Of a stretch of 64,000 bases of DNA, positions 18,685 through 31,429 are shown in pieces. Location: positions 8,834,664 through 8,898,663 of the forward strand of contig CAVNZM010000011.1 of assembly GCA_963693365.1 (NCBI GenBank), written 5' to 3'. Position numbers and translations under genes: made by a program. Origin of the DNA: Amoebidium appalachense. Lineage: Eukaryota; Protista; Ichthyosporea. How positions within the stretch are numbered: the stretch's first letter is position 1; the number at the start of each line of letters is the position of its first letter. The notes under the pieces were generated by a model. It was given only the letters and a program-made list of their open reading frames with translations, searched no databases and was not told the DNA's origin.

Positions 18685-18803
18685 AAAGCGCCCGGTGATA
18701 GCGCTCATGACACATCTCTCCAAGAACACATGTGCAAGCGCACGGTGATTGCGCTCATGACCCTACACTCAAACAACACAGGTGCAAGCACACGCATTGC
18801 CCC

Positions 18804-18860
<57 letters not shown>

Positions 18861-19550
18861 ACAAAGCGCCCGGTGATAGCGCTCATGACACATCTCTCCA
18901 AGAACACATGTGCAAGCGCACGGTGATTGCGCTCATGACCCTACACTCAAACAACACAGGTGCAAGCACACGCATTGCCCCTCCCCCCCCCCCCCCCCCC
19001 CCCCCCTTCCCCCCTCCCCCCCCCCTCCCCCCCCACCCCCCCCCCCACCCCCACAGCACACCCACAAAGCCCCCGGTGATAGCGCTCATGCCTCAGCTCT
19101 CACACAACACATGTGGAAGCGCCCGGTGATAGCGCTCATGCCTCAGCTCTCACACAACACATGTGGAAGCGCCCGGTGATAGCACACTTTGCATCCCCCT
19201 CCCCCCCCACACACAAAGGCATTCGGGCACACACATGCACACTTTGCATCCCCCCCCCCCACACACACAAAGGCATTCGGGCACACACATGCACACTTTG
19301 CATCCCCCCCCCCCCACACACAAAGGCATTCGGGCACACACATGCACACTTTGCATCCCCCCTCCCCCCCCCCCCCCCCACAATCCCCCTCCCCCCACAC
19401 ACACACAAAGGCATTCGGGCACACACATGCACACTTTGCATCCCCCCCCCCCCCCCACAGGCACGGGCCCACACATGCCCCCTTTGCATCCCCCCCCCCA
19501 CACACAAAGGCATTCGGGCACACACATGCACACTTTGCATCCCCCTCCAC
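18159..19550 (+). repeat. ~180-bp tandem array built from 50-bp subunits and poly-C, followed by a ~60-bp array
   Basis: CGGTGAT(T/A)GCGCTCATGA... subunits, about 5 higher-order copies; CAAAGGCATTCGGGCACACACATGCACACTTTGCATCCC repeated over 19180-19550. Confidence 0.9.
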
Positions 19551-19655
19551 CCCCTTCGTGAGAATGCACTGAGTGTCACATATTTATAATATGTTGAATT
19601 TTATTGATTGTGAAAAAGCACGAAGTCGCCTACCCTAGTAATATGGTGATACCGA

Positions 19656-21520
19656 TCAGTCAGGCCATTGATCGTAAAAAGGCACGAAGTCGCCTGGCCT
19701 GCTGGTAATATGGTGATACCGATCACAGTCAGGCCAAAGTTCATCCCATGTGTTGGTTGCTGCTTCATAATACAACCAGTGGTCGTATGGTTCACCAACT
19801 ACTTGCACATGGTGATTCCTGATGGCATCCTCGAGGACTATCTGACACGGCAGTTGCGGGTACCAATCCGCACCATCCAAAACCTCGGCGATAGGAACAG
19901 CACTCCACAGGGCATCCGCGCTGGGAGACGTGTCAGGCTGGCCCGTGGTCTTGTTAATACCGATATAGCTGCCGCGCTGTTGTTCCAAATGGTCGGAGGG
20001 GGTTTGTACCCAAAATAACTCGATGTCTGCCTGCCAGGGGCAGACGCCGTCGGCATCGTTGAGCATGATTTGGTCAAATCCACTCGGGGGGTAGATGACG
20101 GCCGCTTGCCGGGTTTCGGTGTCGTAAGCATACAACCCGTCAACAACGAATGGCAAATCTCTACCTTGCCCCTCCGCTTTGGCTGTTTTGAACTCTTCGC
20201 GCTCAACATCTTTCCTGATTGTGTCAATGAAGTCTCCCCAATCGAAGGGAAGCACCATGACGTGTCGTTTGTTCATGACGTCCACAAGCATCTGCCACGA
20301 CACGCCCACTTGCAGACGCCGCATGTATGTGGAAATTTCGACGGTTTCGATGTCGGTATCGATCTGGCCCAGGGGAACAAACTCGCCTTCTTCCTGCCCT
20401 TCCTGAATCTCGTAAGCAAACCACCCCGTGCACCGCCCGAATATGTTTTTGCGCTCGGCAGGCCCACCCTCGCTGTAATCCGCCTGGACCCTGCTAACTA
20501 AATTCGAAAGCTTTTTGTCCCATTCCAGCTTGTGTCTAATGATGTTTGCGTAGTCGTACAGGTGGGCTTGGGTACGGGGTGCAGTTGTAACTGGCGGGTT
20601 TGAGGCAGCTTGTGCCAAAATATTGGCCTTTTGGGTGGCCATATCTAGTATTATATTCGCATGGACATCGTCGTAGCCGTCGTCGTCGTGGTCCCTCCGG
20701 TGGGCATAATGGTCCATCAATCGCAGCAGCAAACACGTGTTAAACGACTCTAACGTATACGCAGAGCTGTCTAACTTGACAACTCCTGCAGACCCTCGCA
20801 ACCACGCAGTGCACGGCGGGTAATGCCGCAGTTTGCCGTCCCCCGTGTACCCCTCACTGGGGTGTGTCTCTACGATCCTTCTAATAGCATCCTCAGGTCC
20901 GGAAGTAAACCCCACCAGTTCCAGAACCTACTATCCTGAAAATCACTGTTATTCTCTATGGCGTATTGGACATCCGCCAAAGTGGAGGTTGCAAAAAACA
21001 TATCGGCAAAGCTCTCGCTCGTTTTTTGGTCCAGTTCGGACATTTTTGCCGCAATCTCTGCTGCTGTGGCCTGCATCACCGTCCTAGTTGCAAGGCAACA
21101 GCGCCCTTCAGGGTTGTACACGGCCAGCTTGTCATAGCTTCGGAGGTACACCGCTGTGCATGCACGGAAACCTGCTTTCAACTCTTCCTGCAGTTGCAAT
21201 AGACTCAACGAGGTGTCTACCTCAAACACAACAAAAGGGTGCAACGTTTCCACTAGAGTGACATCTTCGGGGGTTGAAACCGTGGCAAGGCCGTTGGTGT
21301 TTGCAAGAGAAAACACTACAACATCTTCCCCTACAGGGCCTAACAACAGCGGTGTCTTCGATGGAACGATCCGAACACGCACTGGCATTGAGGGTGCAAG
21401 TCCCATTGCTGACAGCGAAATAATAATTCTGCCTATACCCTGCATGCCAAATCCTGTTGTGTTTTCGTGCAGCTGAGGTCGGTGTATTTGAAACGATTTG
21501 GATATAATAACATCAGTCAT
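19656..21520 (-). CDS. Hypothetical protein(s): ORFs 20870-21520 and 19656-20915, probably one spliced or frameshifted gene
   Basis: Two overlapping non-repetitive ORFs (216 and 419 aa); the second lacks an ATG at its start. A CCAAT-rich region lies upstream at 21525-21625. Confidence 0.55.
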
Positions 21521-21873
21521 CGCGCTGATTGGCTAAACGCGGATGACACATCTTTTAACGGATGATTGGTTGGATAAATCTAGTTACCATCGGCTAGCCG
21601 CGCTGATTGGCCAAATCCAATTGGTGTTGCTTCGGCATAACCCGTGCGCAAGCCCGAAAATTCGGATTTGTTTCTTGGTATTTTTTGAAGTCCGGAATAT
21701 TTTTGCCTGGGGTGTATGGTATTTTTCATCCCCAGTTAAAGGGGGTGAAAGGGGGTTCCTATTTTAGCTTACCACGAAATTTGCAGGGGTTTACCATAAA
21801 CTGAAAATATGATGGTATTTTTGAAACGTTTAGGGTATTTTTTACCGTAAAAACGGGGTTATGGTCGGGCCTG

Positions 21874-22172
21874 CCCGTGCGCTTGCACCTGTGTTGCTTG
21901 AGAGTAGGGTCATGAGCGCTATCACCGTGCGCTTGCACCTGTGTTGCTTGAGAGTAGGGTCATGAGCGCTATCACCGTGCGCTTGCACCTGTTTTTGGGG
22001 TTGTCCCCGCTTGCACCTGTGTTGTTGGCGAGTAGGGTCATGAGCGCTATCACCGTGCGCTTGCACCTGTGTTGCTTGAGAGTAGGGTCATGAGCGCTAT
22101 CACCGTGCGCTTGCACCTGTGTTGTTGGCGAGTAGGGTCATGATCGCTATCACCATACCCTTGCTCATGAGC
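21874..22172 (-). repeat. 50-bp tandem array, inverted relative to 18159-19185
   Basis: CCGTGCGCTTGCACCTGTGTTGCTTGAGAGTAGGGTCATGAGCGCTATCA is the reverse complement of the 18.2-kb subunit. Confidence 0.9.
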
Positions 22173-22256
22173 GCCCCCCCCCCCCCCCCCCCCCCAAACC
22201 CTCCTCCCATCTGCCCGCACAACCCCAACCCCACATTATATCGTGCACCGGGTAAC

Positions 22257-22649
22257 ATGGACGCTGGCGCACCCCTTCCCCCACCCAGCCCATTCGCACC
22301 CCCTCCCCCGATCCGCACAAGCCCGCGCAGCACCCCCGGGCCCTCCCCCATCCTACTGGCCATCCTGGCCGGCCTGATCCTCTACGTGCTCTGGGACACG
22401 TTCAGCCCACGTGTGCGGCGGCGCCTGGCAGTGCTCAAGTGCCAGCGTGCGTGCCCAATGTGTGCCAGCTGCGGCAGCTGCGTTCCCCGCCGCAAGTGTG
22501 CGCACTGCCCCCGCTGCCACGTGTGCGGTGCCAGCCCCACTCGGTGCGCACAGTGCCCCGCATGCACGCGCTGCCCGCCCGAGCAGAAGTGCCCGGCGTG
22601 CCCCACGTGTGCGCATGCGCCTGCGGTGGTGATCAAGGAGCGCACTTGA
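22257..22649 (+). CDS. TM plus CxxC-repeat Cys-rich protein (virus-like)
   Basis: MDAGAP start, ILLAILAGLILYVLW helix, multiple CPxC/CxxC repeats, GC-rich and intronless. Confidence 0.6.
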   Translation: MDAGAPLPPPSPFAPPPPIRTSPRSTPGPSPILLAILAGLILYVLWDTFSPRVRRRLAVLKCQRACPMCASCGSCVPRRKCAHCPRCHVCGASPTRCAQCPACTRCPPEQKCPACPTCAHAPAVVIKERT

Positions 22650-22685
22650 AGGGTTGGGTGAGCAGAGATTTTTGTGGCATAGAGT

Positions 22686-22946
22686 ATGGCGTACCAATGG
22701 GAGTACAAGCTGAAGGAGGAGCCCGGCAAGGCACCCGTGGTGCAGGCAACTATTGTGCCGACCGAGGCCACCACCCGGCGGACGCAGATGGAGCAACGAG
22801 CATACGCACAAGAGCTTGCGGAAAAGGGCTATATAGATCTGCCCGATGAGTTGGCGGAGAAGTGTGGATTCAAGAAGTGGGTGCCGAAGAATCAACGACA
22901 GACAGCAATTGTACTGCAGAAGATGATGGAGCCTGAGGATGCATAG
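22686..22946 (+). CDS. Small hypothetical protein
   Basis: 86-aa ATG ORF with natural composition directly after the previous gene. Confidence 0.55.
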   Translation: MAYQWEYKLKEEPGKAPVVQATIVPTEATTRRTQMEQRAYAQELAEKGYIDLPDELAEKCGFKKWVPKNQRQTAIVLQKMMEPEDA

Positions 22947-23135
22947 AGACCTACACACAAAGGATGAATGGACTTACACCACAAACATGGAAAATGTAAA
23001 TGACGAGAGAATCTCCACAAACATGGAAAATGTAAATGACGAGAGAATCTGTTGGGATGTTTAATTTTGATGAGCTGGAGTCTATCTCCCCCCCCCTCCC
23101 CTTCACCGTTCAATGAAAACTTGGTAGCATGTGTA

Positions 23136-23236
<101 letters not shown>

Positions 23237-23544
23237 GTGTGTGTGTGTGTGTGTGCGTATGTGTGTGTGTGTGTGTGTGTGTGTGACAATGTACGTGCCA
23301 GTGTGCTTGTACACAGATTGAAAAGGAGACTTGGGGTATATTAAATGGAGTCTCTCCCGCTACCACGGGCAAATACATTCAATAATCATTACGGAAACTT
23401 GGTACTGTTACCGGGCAAATACAATATACATGAAAATTTGGATAAGATTGAAGCAGATCACATTCGAATAAACATTACAGAAAACTTGGTATGAAAACTT
23501 TGTACCACGTCTTTCCTCCACCACACCCATCACAAACCCCTATA

Positions 23545-23927
23545 GATGTGGATGTGTGCCTACTGCCCACACCACCACAAATACGTTTCCCCCACCGCAC
23601 CCACCACAAACCCTAAGTAAGATGTGAATGTGGGGCCTACCCGCCGCCACCACTACAACTACGTTTCCCCCACCGCACCCACCACAAACCCTAAGTAAGA
23701 TGTGAATGTGGGGCCTACCCGCCGCCACCACTACAACTACGTTTCCCCCACCGCACCCACCACAAACCCTAAGTAAGATGTGAATGTGGGGCCTACCCGC
23801 CGCCACCACTACAACTACGTTTCCCCCACCGCACCCACCACAAACCCTAAGTAAGATGTGAATGTGGGGCCTACCCGCCGCCACCACTACAACTACGTTT
23901 CCCCCACCGCACCCACCACAAACCCTA
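23545..23927. repeat. 78-bp tandem repeat, ~5 copies
   Basis: CAAACCCTAAGTAAGATGTGAATGTGGGGCCTACCC... repeated directly 3' of the JmjC stop codon. Confidence 0.9.
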
Positions 23928-24251
23928 GGCCACATTCATTTTGGCTTCCTCCTCGAACTCCTTGATGTCAGCCTTGTACTTCTCTCTCAGCTTTTTCCAC
24001 TGTGCAGGGGACACCTGTGGGTTGATAGTTGGGTGTAAGTGGTAGTCCAGCCAGGTGATTTGTTTATGCAAGGCTCAGACATCACTGTATGCCATTACCT
24101 CAAACACACCCACGCACCCACCACTACACCACCATGGCACACACCCACAGAAAACGAACTCCTACGTGTGGACCAGGTCAAGAAAAACTCTGCAAGGACC
24201 CAAAAAACCGTTTTTACGAACCCCTACATGTAATTGTGAATGCTAGGGCAT

Positions 24252-24315
<64 letters not shown>

Positions 24316-27300
24316 GTGTTTGTTTGTTTTTTTTTTTTTTTTTTTTTTTTTTTTGGGGGGGGGGGGGAGGGGGGGGAGGGGGTTACCTTGAAAACGTGTT
24401 TCCTGTCAGTGTAGCCACACGTGCATGCCGGGGGGGGGCTTCTTGCCAGCGACCACAAGCCAGTTGACCGTGGCAAAATTTACCGCCTCGGCCAAGCTGC
24501 TACCAGTAGCATACCCAAAGTGGTATGCCCCAGGCAATGTGTAGATGACCTCGCCGGCCTGCTGAACCGTGTGCTGCACAGGAACACCCTTCTTCATCAA
24601 GTAACGGGGGTGGATGAACACAGACTGTCCCACCCACATGTTAGTCATATGAAAAACCGGGTGGTCGTTTTTGTAAGTGCTTTTTTGTTTTTTGTTCTTC
24701 ACGTCATTCACGTCAGTGTCTACCACTCCCTCTCTCTCTCTCTTCTTGTAGTCCTCTGTTGTGTGTGTGGTCGTTTTTTTTTTTTTTTTTTTTTTTTTTG
24801 GGGGGGGGGGGGGTGGTGAGGGATTACCTTATGCTGTGTGACTTTCTTGCAGATACCGGCCCCCGAAAGGCCAAGCCTCTTGTAGATATCCTCGAGGATA
24901 GACGTGACCTGTCCATTGTACTCTGCACTGATTATATACCAGCTTTTGTCTCCGGGCCCACGGGTCATGATGTTGACACTTCCGAGCAGACCGTCTTCTG
25001 TGTGGGGCACAAACGGAGACCCCGTCGTGACACTGCAAGGAGGCATGTGATTGGGGTTAAAACAATAATTAGTTCCGACTTCGATGTGATCCAATACATT
25101 CCGAGAAGACCTGACCCATACACATACACCCAGGATGGTTCTGTGAACAAAAGGGGCATTCTGCAAACCTGCCTTTTTTTCCCTTTGTTGTTTGTTGTTG
25201 TGTTTTTTTTTTTTTGGGGGGGGGGGGGGAAGGGGTGGGGGGGCATACTTATAGAGCATCGGTGTTGAGATGCCCTCACAGTTCTGGAACTCTCTCGATA
25301 CAATCGAGCCCAGCGTCTCCAAGCTGAACATGTAGTCGATTTCTTCCCTCACTACCTGTACACACACCACATTGCATCAACACAACATACACTCTCCGCA
25401 CAAACACACGCACACACCCATGCCTACACAACATGCACTCTCTGCTGCACAAACACACGCACACACCCATGCCTACACAACATGCACCCTCTGCTGCACA
25501 CACACGAATACACCCATGCCTATACAACATGCACCCTCTGCTGCACACACACGAATACACCCATGCCTACACAACATGCACCCTCTGCTGCACACACACG
25601 AATACACCCATGCCTACACAACATGCACCCTCTGCTGCACACACACGAATACACCCATGCCTATACAACATGCACCCTCTGCTGCACACACACGAATACA
25701 CCCATGCCTACACAACATGCACCCTCTGCTGCACACACACGAATACACCCATGCCTACAGAATACACCCATGCCTTCACAACATGCACCCTCTGCTGCAC
25801 ACACACGAATACACCCATGCCTACAGAATACACCCATGCCTTCACAACATGCACCCTCTGCTGCACACACACGAATACACCCATGCCTACAGAATACACC
25901 CATGCCTTCACAACATGCACCCTCTGCTGCACACACACGAATACACCCATGCCTACACAACATGCACCCTCTGCTGCACACACACGAATACACCCATGCC
26001 TTCACAACATGCACCCTCTGCTGCACACACACGAATACACCCATGCCTACACAACATGCACCCTCTGCTGCACACACACGAATACACCCATGCCTACACA
26101 ACATGCACCCTCTGCTGCACACACACGAATACACCCATGCCTTCACAACATGCACCCTCTGCTGCACACACACGAATACACCCATGCCTACACAACATGC
26201 ACCCTCTGCTGCACACACACGAATACACCCATGCCTACACAACATGCACCCTCTGCTGCACACACACGAATACACCCATGCCTTCACAACATGCACCCTC
26301 TGCTGCACACACACGAATACACCCATGCCTACACAACATGCACCCTCTGCTGCACACACACGAATACACCCATGCCTACACAACATGCACCCTCTGCTGC
26401 ACACACACGAATACACCCATGCCTTCACAACATGCACCCTCTGCTGCACACACACGAATACACCCATGCCTTCACAACATGCACCCTCTGCTGCACACAC
26501 ACGAATACACCCATGCCTACACAACATGCACCCTCTGCTGCACACACACGAATACACCCATGCCTACACAACATGCACCCTCAGCTGCACACACACGAAT
26601 ACACCCATGCCTACACAACATGCACCCTCTGCTGCACACACACGAATACACCCATGCCTTCACAACATGCACCCTCTGCTGCACACACACGAATACACCC
26701 ATGCCTTCACAACATGCACCCTCTGCTGCACACACACGAATACACCCATGCCTACACAACATGCACCCTCAGCTGCACACACACGAATACACCCATGCCT
26801 ACACAACATGCACCCTCTGCACAAACACACGCACATACACACACATGACACACACGTACCTCACTGGGTGTATGGGTGTTTTTAAGAGGTGTCAGATCCG
26901 TTCCGTAAAAGAACATTTTACTGTAAGTTTCCGGTATGCAGTCCAATTGCCCCCAGAACTCCTCCTCATCCAACGGGTCCCCCTGCTCAATCGTGTTAGC
27001 TCCTGTTCACGGTAACCATACCCTAATGGTTGCAAATACGCACCTCTGGAATTTGCTCTTTGATGTCGTCCCTATAAACGAGGAAGACATCCTTGATGGC
27101 GGTAGCCTCCAGACAGATCTTGGTGTAGGATTTTCTCACTGGTGTGGCCCAAGCAGCCTCTTTCAGCCCCTGCACTACCGGTTCGGGAAGCATGAACTTG
27201 ACGGCACCAGCTGCCCGAACCTCGTGTCGTTTTTCCATTACCCTAACTATCGTCTCAAATGAGAGCTTTTCTAACTGCAGTTGGCTGAGATGTTTCACGG

Positions 27301-29124
27301 GTACCTCGGTGAACCCCACCGACTCCCCTGTCTCCGCCCCCTGCTGTTGCCCCCTATCCGCCTCCTCCGCTTCTTGCTCTGTGTGTGTGTGTGTGTGTGT
27401 GCCATGCGTGTGTGCACGTGTGTGCCGGGTGTGTGTGCATGTTTGTGCCGGGTGTGCGTGTGCGTGTGTGTCGGGGTGGGGGGTAGGATTAGCCAAGGTG
27501 GATGCACGTGTGCAGGTGTGTGCTCTCTCTCTCTCTCTGTGTATGTGTGTGGTGGTGGTGGTGGTTGGGTGTGTGTGGCGGGGACTAGTCGAGGTGCCCA
27601 GGTGCATGCATGCGTGCAGACGTGTAATGGCTTGTGTGTTGGGGGGGGGGGGGGGGGGGGGGGGATAGCCTGGCAGGTGCATGCGTGCGTGCAGACGTAT
27701 GATCCCTTCCGTGTGTGTGCGGGGAGAGGGGGATAGCCCAGGTGCATGCATGCGTGCAGACGTGTGATCCCTTCCGTGTGTGTGCGGGGAGAGGGGGGAT
27801 AGCCCAGGTGCATGCATGCGTGCAGACGTGTGATCCCTTCCGTGTGTGTGCGGGGAGAGGGGGATAGCCCAGGTGCATGCATGCGTGCAGACGTGTGATC
27901 CCTTCCGTGTGTGTGCGGGGAGAGGGGGGATAGCCCAGGTGCATGCATGCGTGCAGACGTGTGATCCCTTCCGTGTGTGTGCGGGGAGAGGGGGGATAGC
28001 CCAGGTGCATGCATGCGTGCAGACGTGTAATGGCTTGTGTGTTGGGGGGGGGGGGGGGGGGGGGGAGCGGGGGGATAGCCCAGGTGCATGCGTGCGTGCA
28101 GACGTGTGATCCCTTCCGTGTGTGTGCGGGGAGAGGGGGGATAGCCCAGGTGCATGCATGCGTGCAGACGTGTAATGGCTTGTGTGTTGGGGGGGGGGGG
28201 GTTACCCGGCCTGAAATCCCAAGGAGATGTGTTGCGGGTGTGGCGGTAGCCCTCTGCCCCCTCTGCCCCTCCCTCTCCTCCCCCATCCCCACCCTCTCCC
28301 TCTCCCTCCCCCTCCCCCTCTCCCCCCTCCCCACCCCCACCCTCTCCCTCTCCCTCCCCCTCCCCCTCTCCCCCCTCCCCACGCCCACCCTCTCCCTCTC
28401 CCTCCCCCTCCCCCTCTCCCCCCTCCCCACCCCCACCCTCTCCCTCTCCCTCCCCCTCTCCCTCCCCCTCTCCCCCCTCCCCACCCCCTCCCTCTCCCCC
28501 CTCCACTCTTGCCCGCTTTCTCGGTCGGTCACTCGTCGGTGCAGGTAGCTTGAAAGCGGGGCTGCCTGGGGGGCTACGTGCAGCCCCATCCCACCACACT
28601 TTCCATCCGTGCTTTTTGAAGATGCGACAAATCTGGAACTCCCCCGGCAAAGTACCCACCACGGCAGGTATGCGACTGTAGTCCTTACTGCCAGGATACA
28701 GAGAAATGCGACCGAGCTTCACCGCCCAACCCTCACTCGAAAACGGATGATAGCTGTGAAGATCATAAATCTTCCATCGAGGACCACCAAATCTGAGAAT
28801 CCAGGCTACAACTTCCGGGATGCCCATGTCGTTTTCGAATTCGTGTAGGTTGTAGTTCTTCCTGCAACTAGGACGTCCGTCGTCCAGTTCAATCAAAAAA
28901 ACATAAACATGTTCTGAACCCGTTGGCATCACCAAATATATGATCGGTGCGAGTTTTTTTTTTTGAGGATGACGATAAATACTCTGACGTGTGAGTAGCC
29001 TTTTACCGGTAAATATAACTGACGGATCAACGTCGTTCGAAAGCCTAAATGTGGGTGGGTCGAGTGGTATGCTGCTCGGGAATGCACGAGTGATGAGCGC
29101 CAGAATATTGCCGTTAACAGCCAT
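23925..29124 (-). CDS. KDM4: KDM4-like JmjN/JmjC histone demethylase, ~7 exons (29124-28206, 27378-~27040, 27002-26860, 25355-25249, 25032-24828, 24624-24387, 24014-23925)
   Basis: JmjN-like AGAVKFMLP; EEFW...YGTD; GISTPMLY; PHTED; KSWY; C...HK; QQAGEVIYTLPGAYH...AEAVNFA; CTC. GT-AG junctions restore the frame except for an uncertain exon 2 donor and a C9 run near 24430. Confidence 0.85.
25410..26822. repeat. 40-bp minisatellite (~35 copies) inside a JmjC intron
   Basis: Unit ACAACATGCACCCTCTGCTGCACACACACGAATACACCCATGCCT(A/T)C-like, near-identical copies. Confidence 0.95.
27590..28200. repeat. ~60-bp minisatellite inside JmjC intron 1
   Basis: GATAGCCCAGGTGCATGCATGCGTGCAGACGTGTGATCCCTTCCGTG repeated about 9 times. 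Confidence 0.9.
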
Positions 29125-29239
29125 GTTGCTGTGTGTGTTTTTGTGATGTGTGTAATTGTGAGCACCCTCTGCCTGTAAGACTGTCTGTGAGAGCGCTCTG
29201 TCTGTGTGCTTGTGCCACCGTGTTGTAGCGCTCGTGCTT

Positions 29240-29383
<144 letters not shown>

Positions 29384-29682
29384 AATCGTTCCTAGGAAAG
29401 CTCGTGCATGCGCGCGCTATGTTTTTTGTGTCCAGTCTAACAATGTTTGTGTTTAGCAGAACTCGTTTGTGTGTGTGCTCTGTTTTCGTATCCCAAACAA
29501 TCTACGATTGTGTGCATAAGCCTAAAATGTGCCTCGCACAGGGAAACATGAAGGAAATTCTATGTATCTGTATTGGCTAAAAAAGGGGACAACTGATAGC
29601 GCGGTGTGCACAGGTTATTATAACAAGTTTCTTTGTTGTTTTCGTTCTGTTTTTGGCAATCTAGCCTATTTGTAATTACAAT

Positions 29683-29950
29683 GGAAACATGTACAACAGC
29701 AGCGCCGGGCGAAAGTGACACGAACTGGTGTGGTGCGCTTGATTATGTTTGAAACATGCACAACAGCAGCGCTGGGCGAAAGTGACACGAACTGATGTGG
29801 TGCGCCTGATTACGTTTGAAACATGCACAACAGCAGCGCTGGGCGAAAGTGACACGAATTGGTGTGGCGCGCTTGGTTATGTTTGAAACATGTACAACAG
29901 CAGCGCCGGGCGAAAGTAACACGAACTGGTGTGGTGCGCTTGGTTATATT
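29683..29950. repeat. ~67-bp tandem repeat, 4 copies
   Basis: GAAACATG(T/C)ACAACAGCAGCGC(C/T)GGGCGAAAGTGACACGAA repeated. Confidence 0.9.
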
Positions 29951-31429
29951 TGTTCGTTCGGGAATCAAGATGGACTCTTGTAATTTCTCCGTTGTATATA
30001 GAGCGCAAAGAGAGTGTTGAACATATATTCTCATTTCGCAAAGCTTGAAGCAAGCAAGAAAATCACGTTTTTGATGACTGGCCAATTAATGTTTTGTTCA
30101 GTTTGGCCAATGGAATCACTGATTGGCGCGTACGTGATAATAAGCTAATCAGTGAGATCGGCTAATAATAGTTTGGGTAGCAAGGCCAGCCTGCCCAACC
30201 AAGACCCTTTTGCGAGTAACAATTGTGATTTATTCTAATAGGCAATAAATATTAAAAAAGCATAATTTATTTATGTTTATTTATACTTTACGCGGACACA
30301 GACATTTGCTTGGAATTTTGTTTGGAAAGGGTCCTGTGAATCTGGTCTTCGAAAAGCGTTGCAGCCTTGAGTCACGGTGTATTGACCAACTAGATTGTAC
30401 CAATGCCGATAAGCGCTTGCCTAGAGTACCAGTGCCCGATCACGTTGACCCAACCATTATTCACCAATCACCGATTGGTTTTGTTGGCTGGCGCATTTAC
30501 GTGATGACTGGCCAATGAAATTACTTAGTGACTGATAGCAGCACCGACCCTGGAGCGTTTTGACTGAGCAAGGAATAAGGGAAATCCTAAAAGAGGGTTG
30601 TATGTTTTATGACATATAAGGTTCTATAAATAAACAACCATGCGCTTGGGATTTTGGTTGGAAAGCGTTTTGTATTTGCCCAATTTGAATCCGATGCTTC
30701 GATTTCGGTCAATCAGAATACCCTGAGCATCAGCGCCGCGAATCACGTGGGGCAAGAACCAACCCCTATGCACCAATCAAACGCTTGCACGTAAAAAGGT
30801 CCGCGAATAAGATGTTGTGAAAGCGTATATCCTTCGATGTTTTAAACTAGCGCTCGTTTTGTCCTGTATATTATATTTTTATTTCGTATATTCACCTTTT
30901 TTATACAGTTTACCTGTGAACCAAACACGATTAGAGATATATTCGCTAACAGCGCCAAAAGGTTCTGTTTTTCTTATGCTTGATTCTCGTAACATAAGAT
31001 CGTATTTTGCGCAATGGCTTCACATAAATTATTGATGACGGTTTTTTTATATCAGTTCACAGCGCTGTCATTTTCTACTTTTCTGATTCTTTTGTTCATG
31101 GCTGTGTTTGCACACGACGGTGTTTGCCTAGAGAAACGTAACACTCTCTTTTTTTTTTTCTTTTTCTCTTGTTCACGACTGGGTTTGCACAGGACTGTGT
31201 TTGCGCAGAGAAACGTAACACTCTTTTTTTTACTTTTTCCTTTGTTCACAACAGAGAATCGTATTCGTAGCACTTTCTTTTTTTTTTTCCTTTTTCCCTT
31301 GTTTTTTTTTTTTTCCTTTTTCCCTTGTTCACGACTGGGTTTGCACACGACTGTGTTTGCGCAGAGAAACGTAAGACTTCCTTTCTTTTTTTCCCTTTGT
31401 TTATCCTTTTTTTTGTGAAAACTGTCACG

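Noticed and set aside
18159-19185. CRISPR-like repeat-spacer appearance
   Set aside because: The variable parts are only poly-C/(CA) length variants, not unique spacers, and there are no cas genes.
20870-21520. Crinkler-like ubiquitin-fold N-terminal domain
   Set aside because: Only a vague VVFEVD...LQEELK resemblance; the diagnostic motifs are absent.
25372-27015. Long His/Thr-rich ORFs (467-547 aa) in three frames
   Set aside because: They are a by-product of a stop-free 40-bp minisatellite within an intron of the opposite-strand gene.
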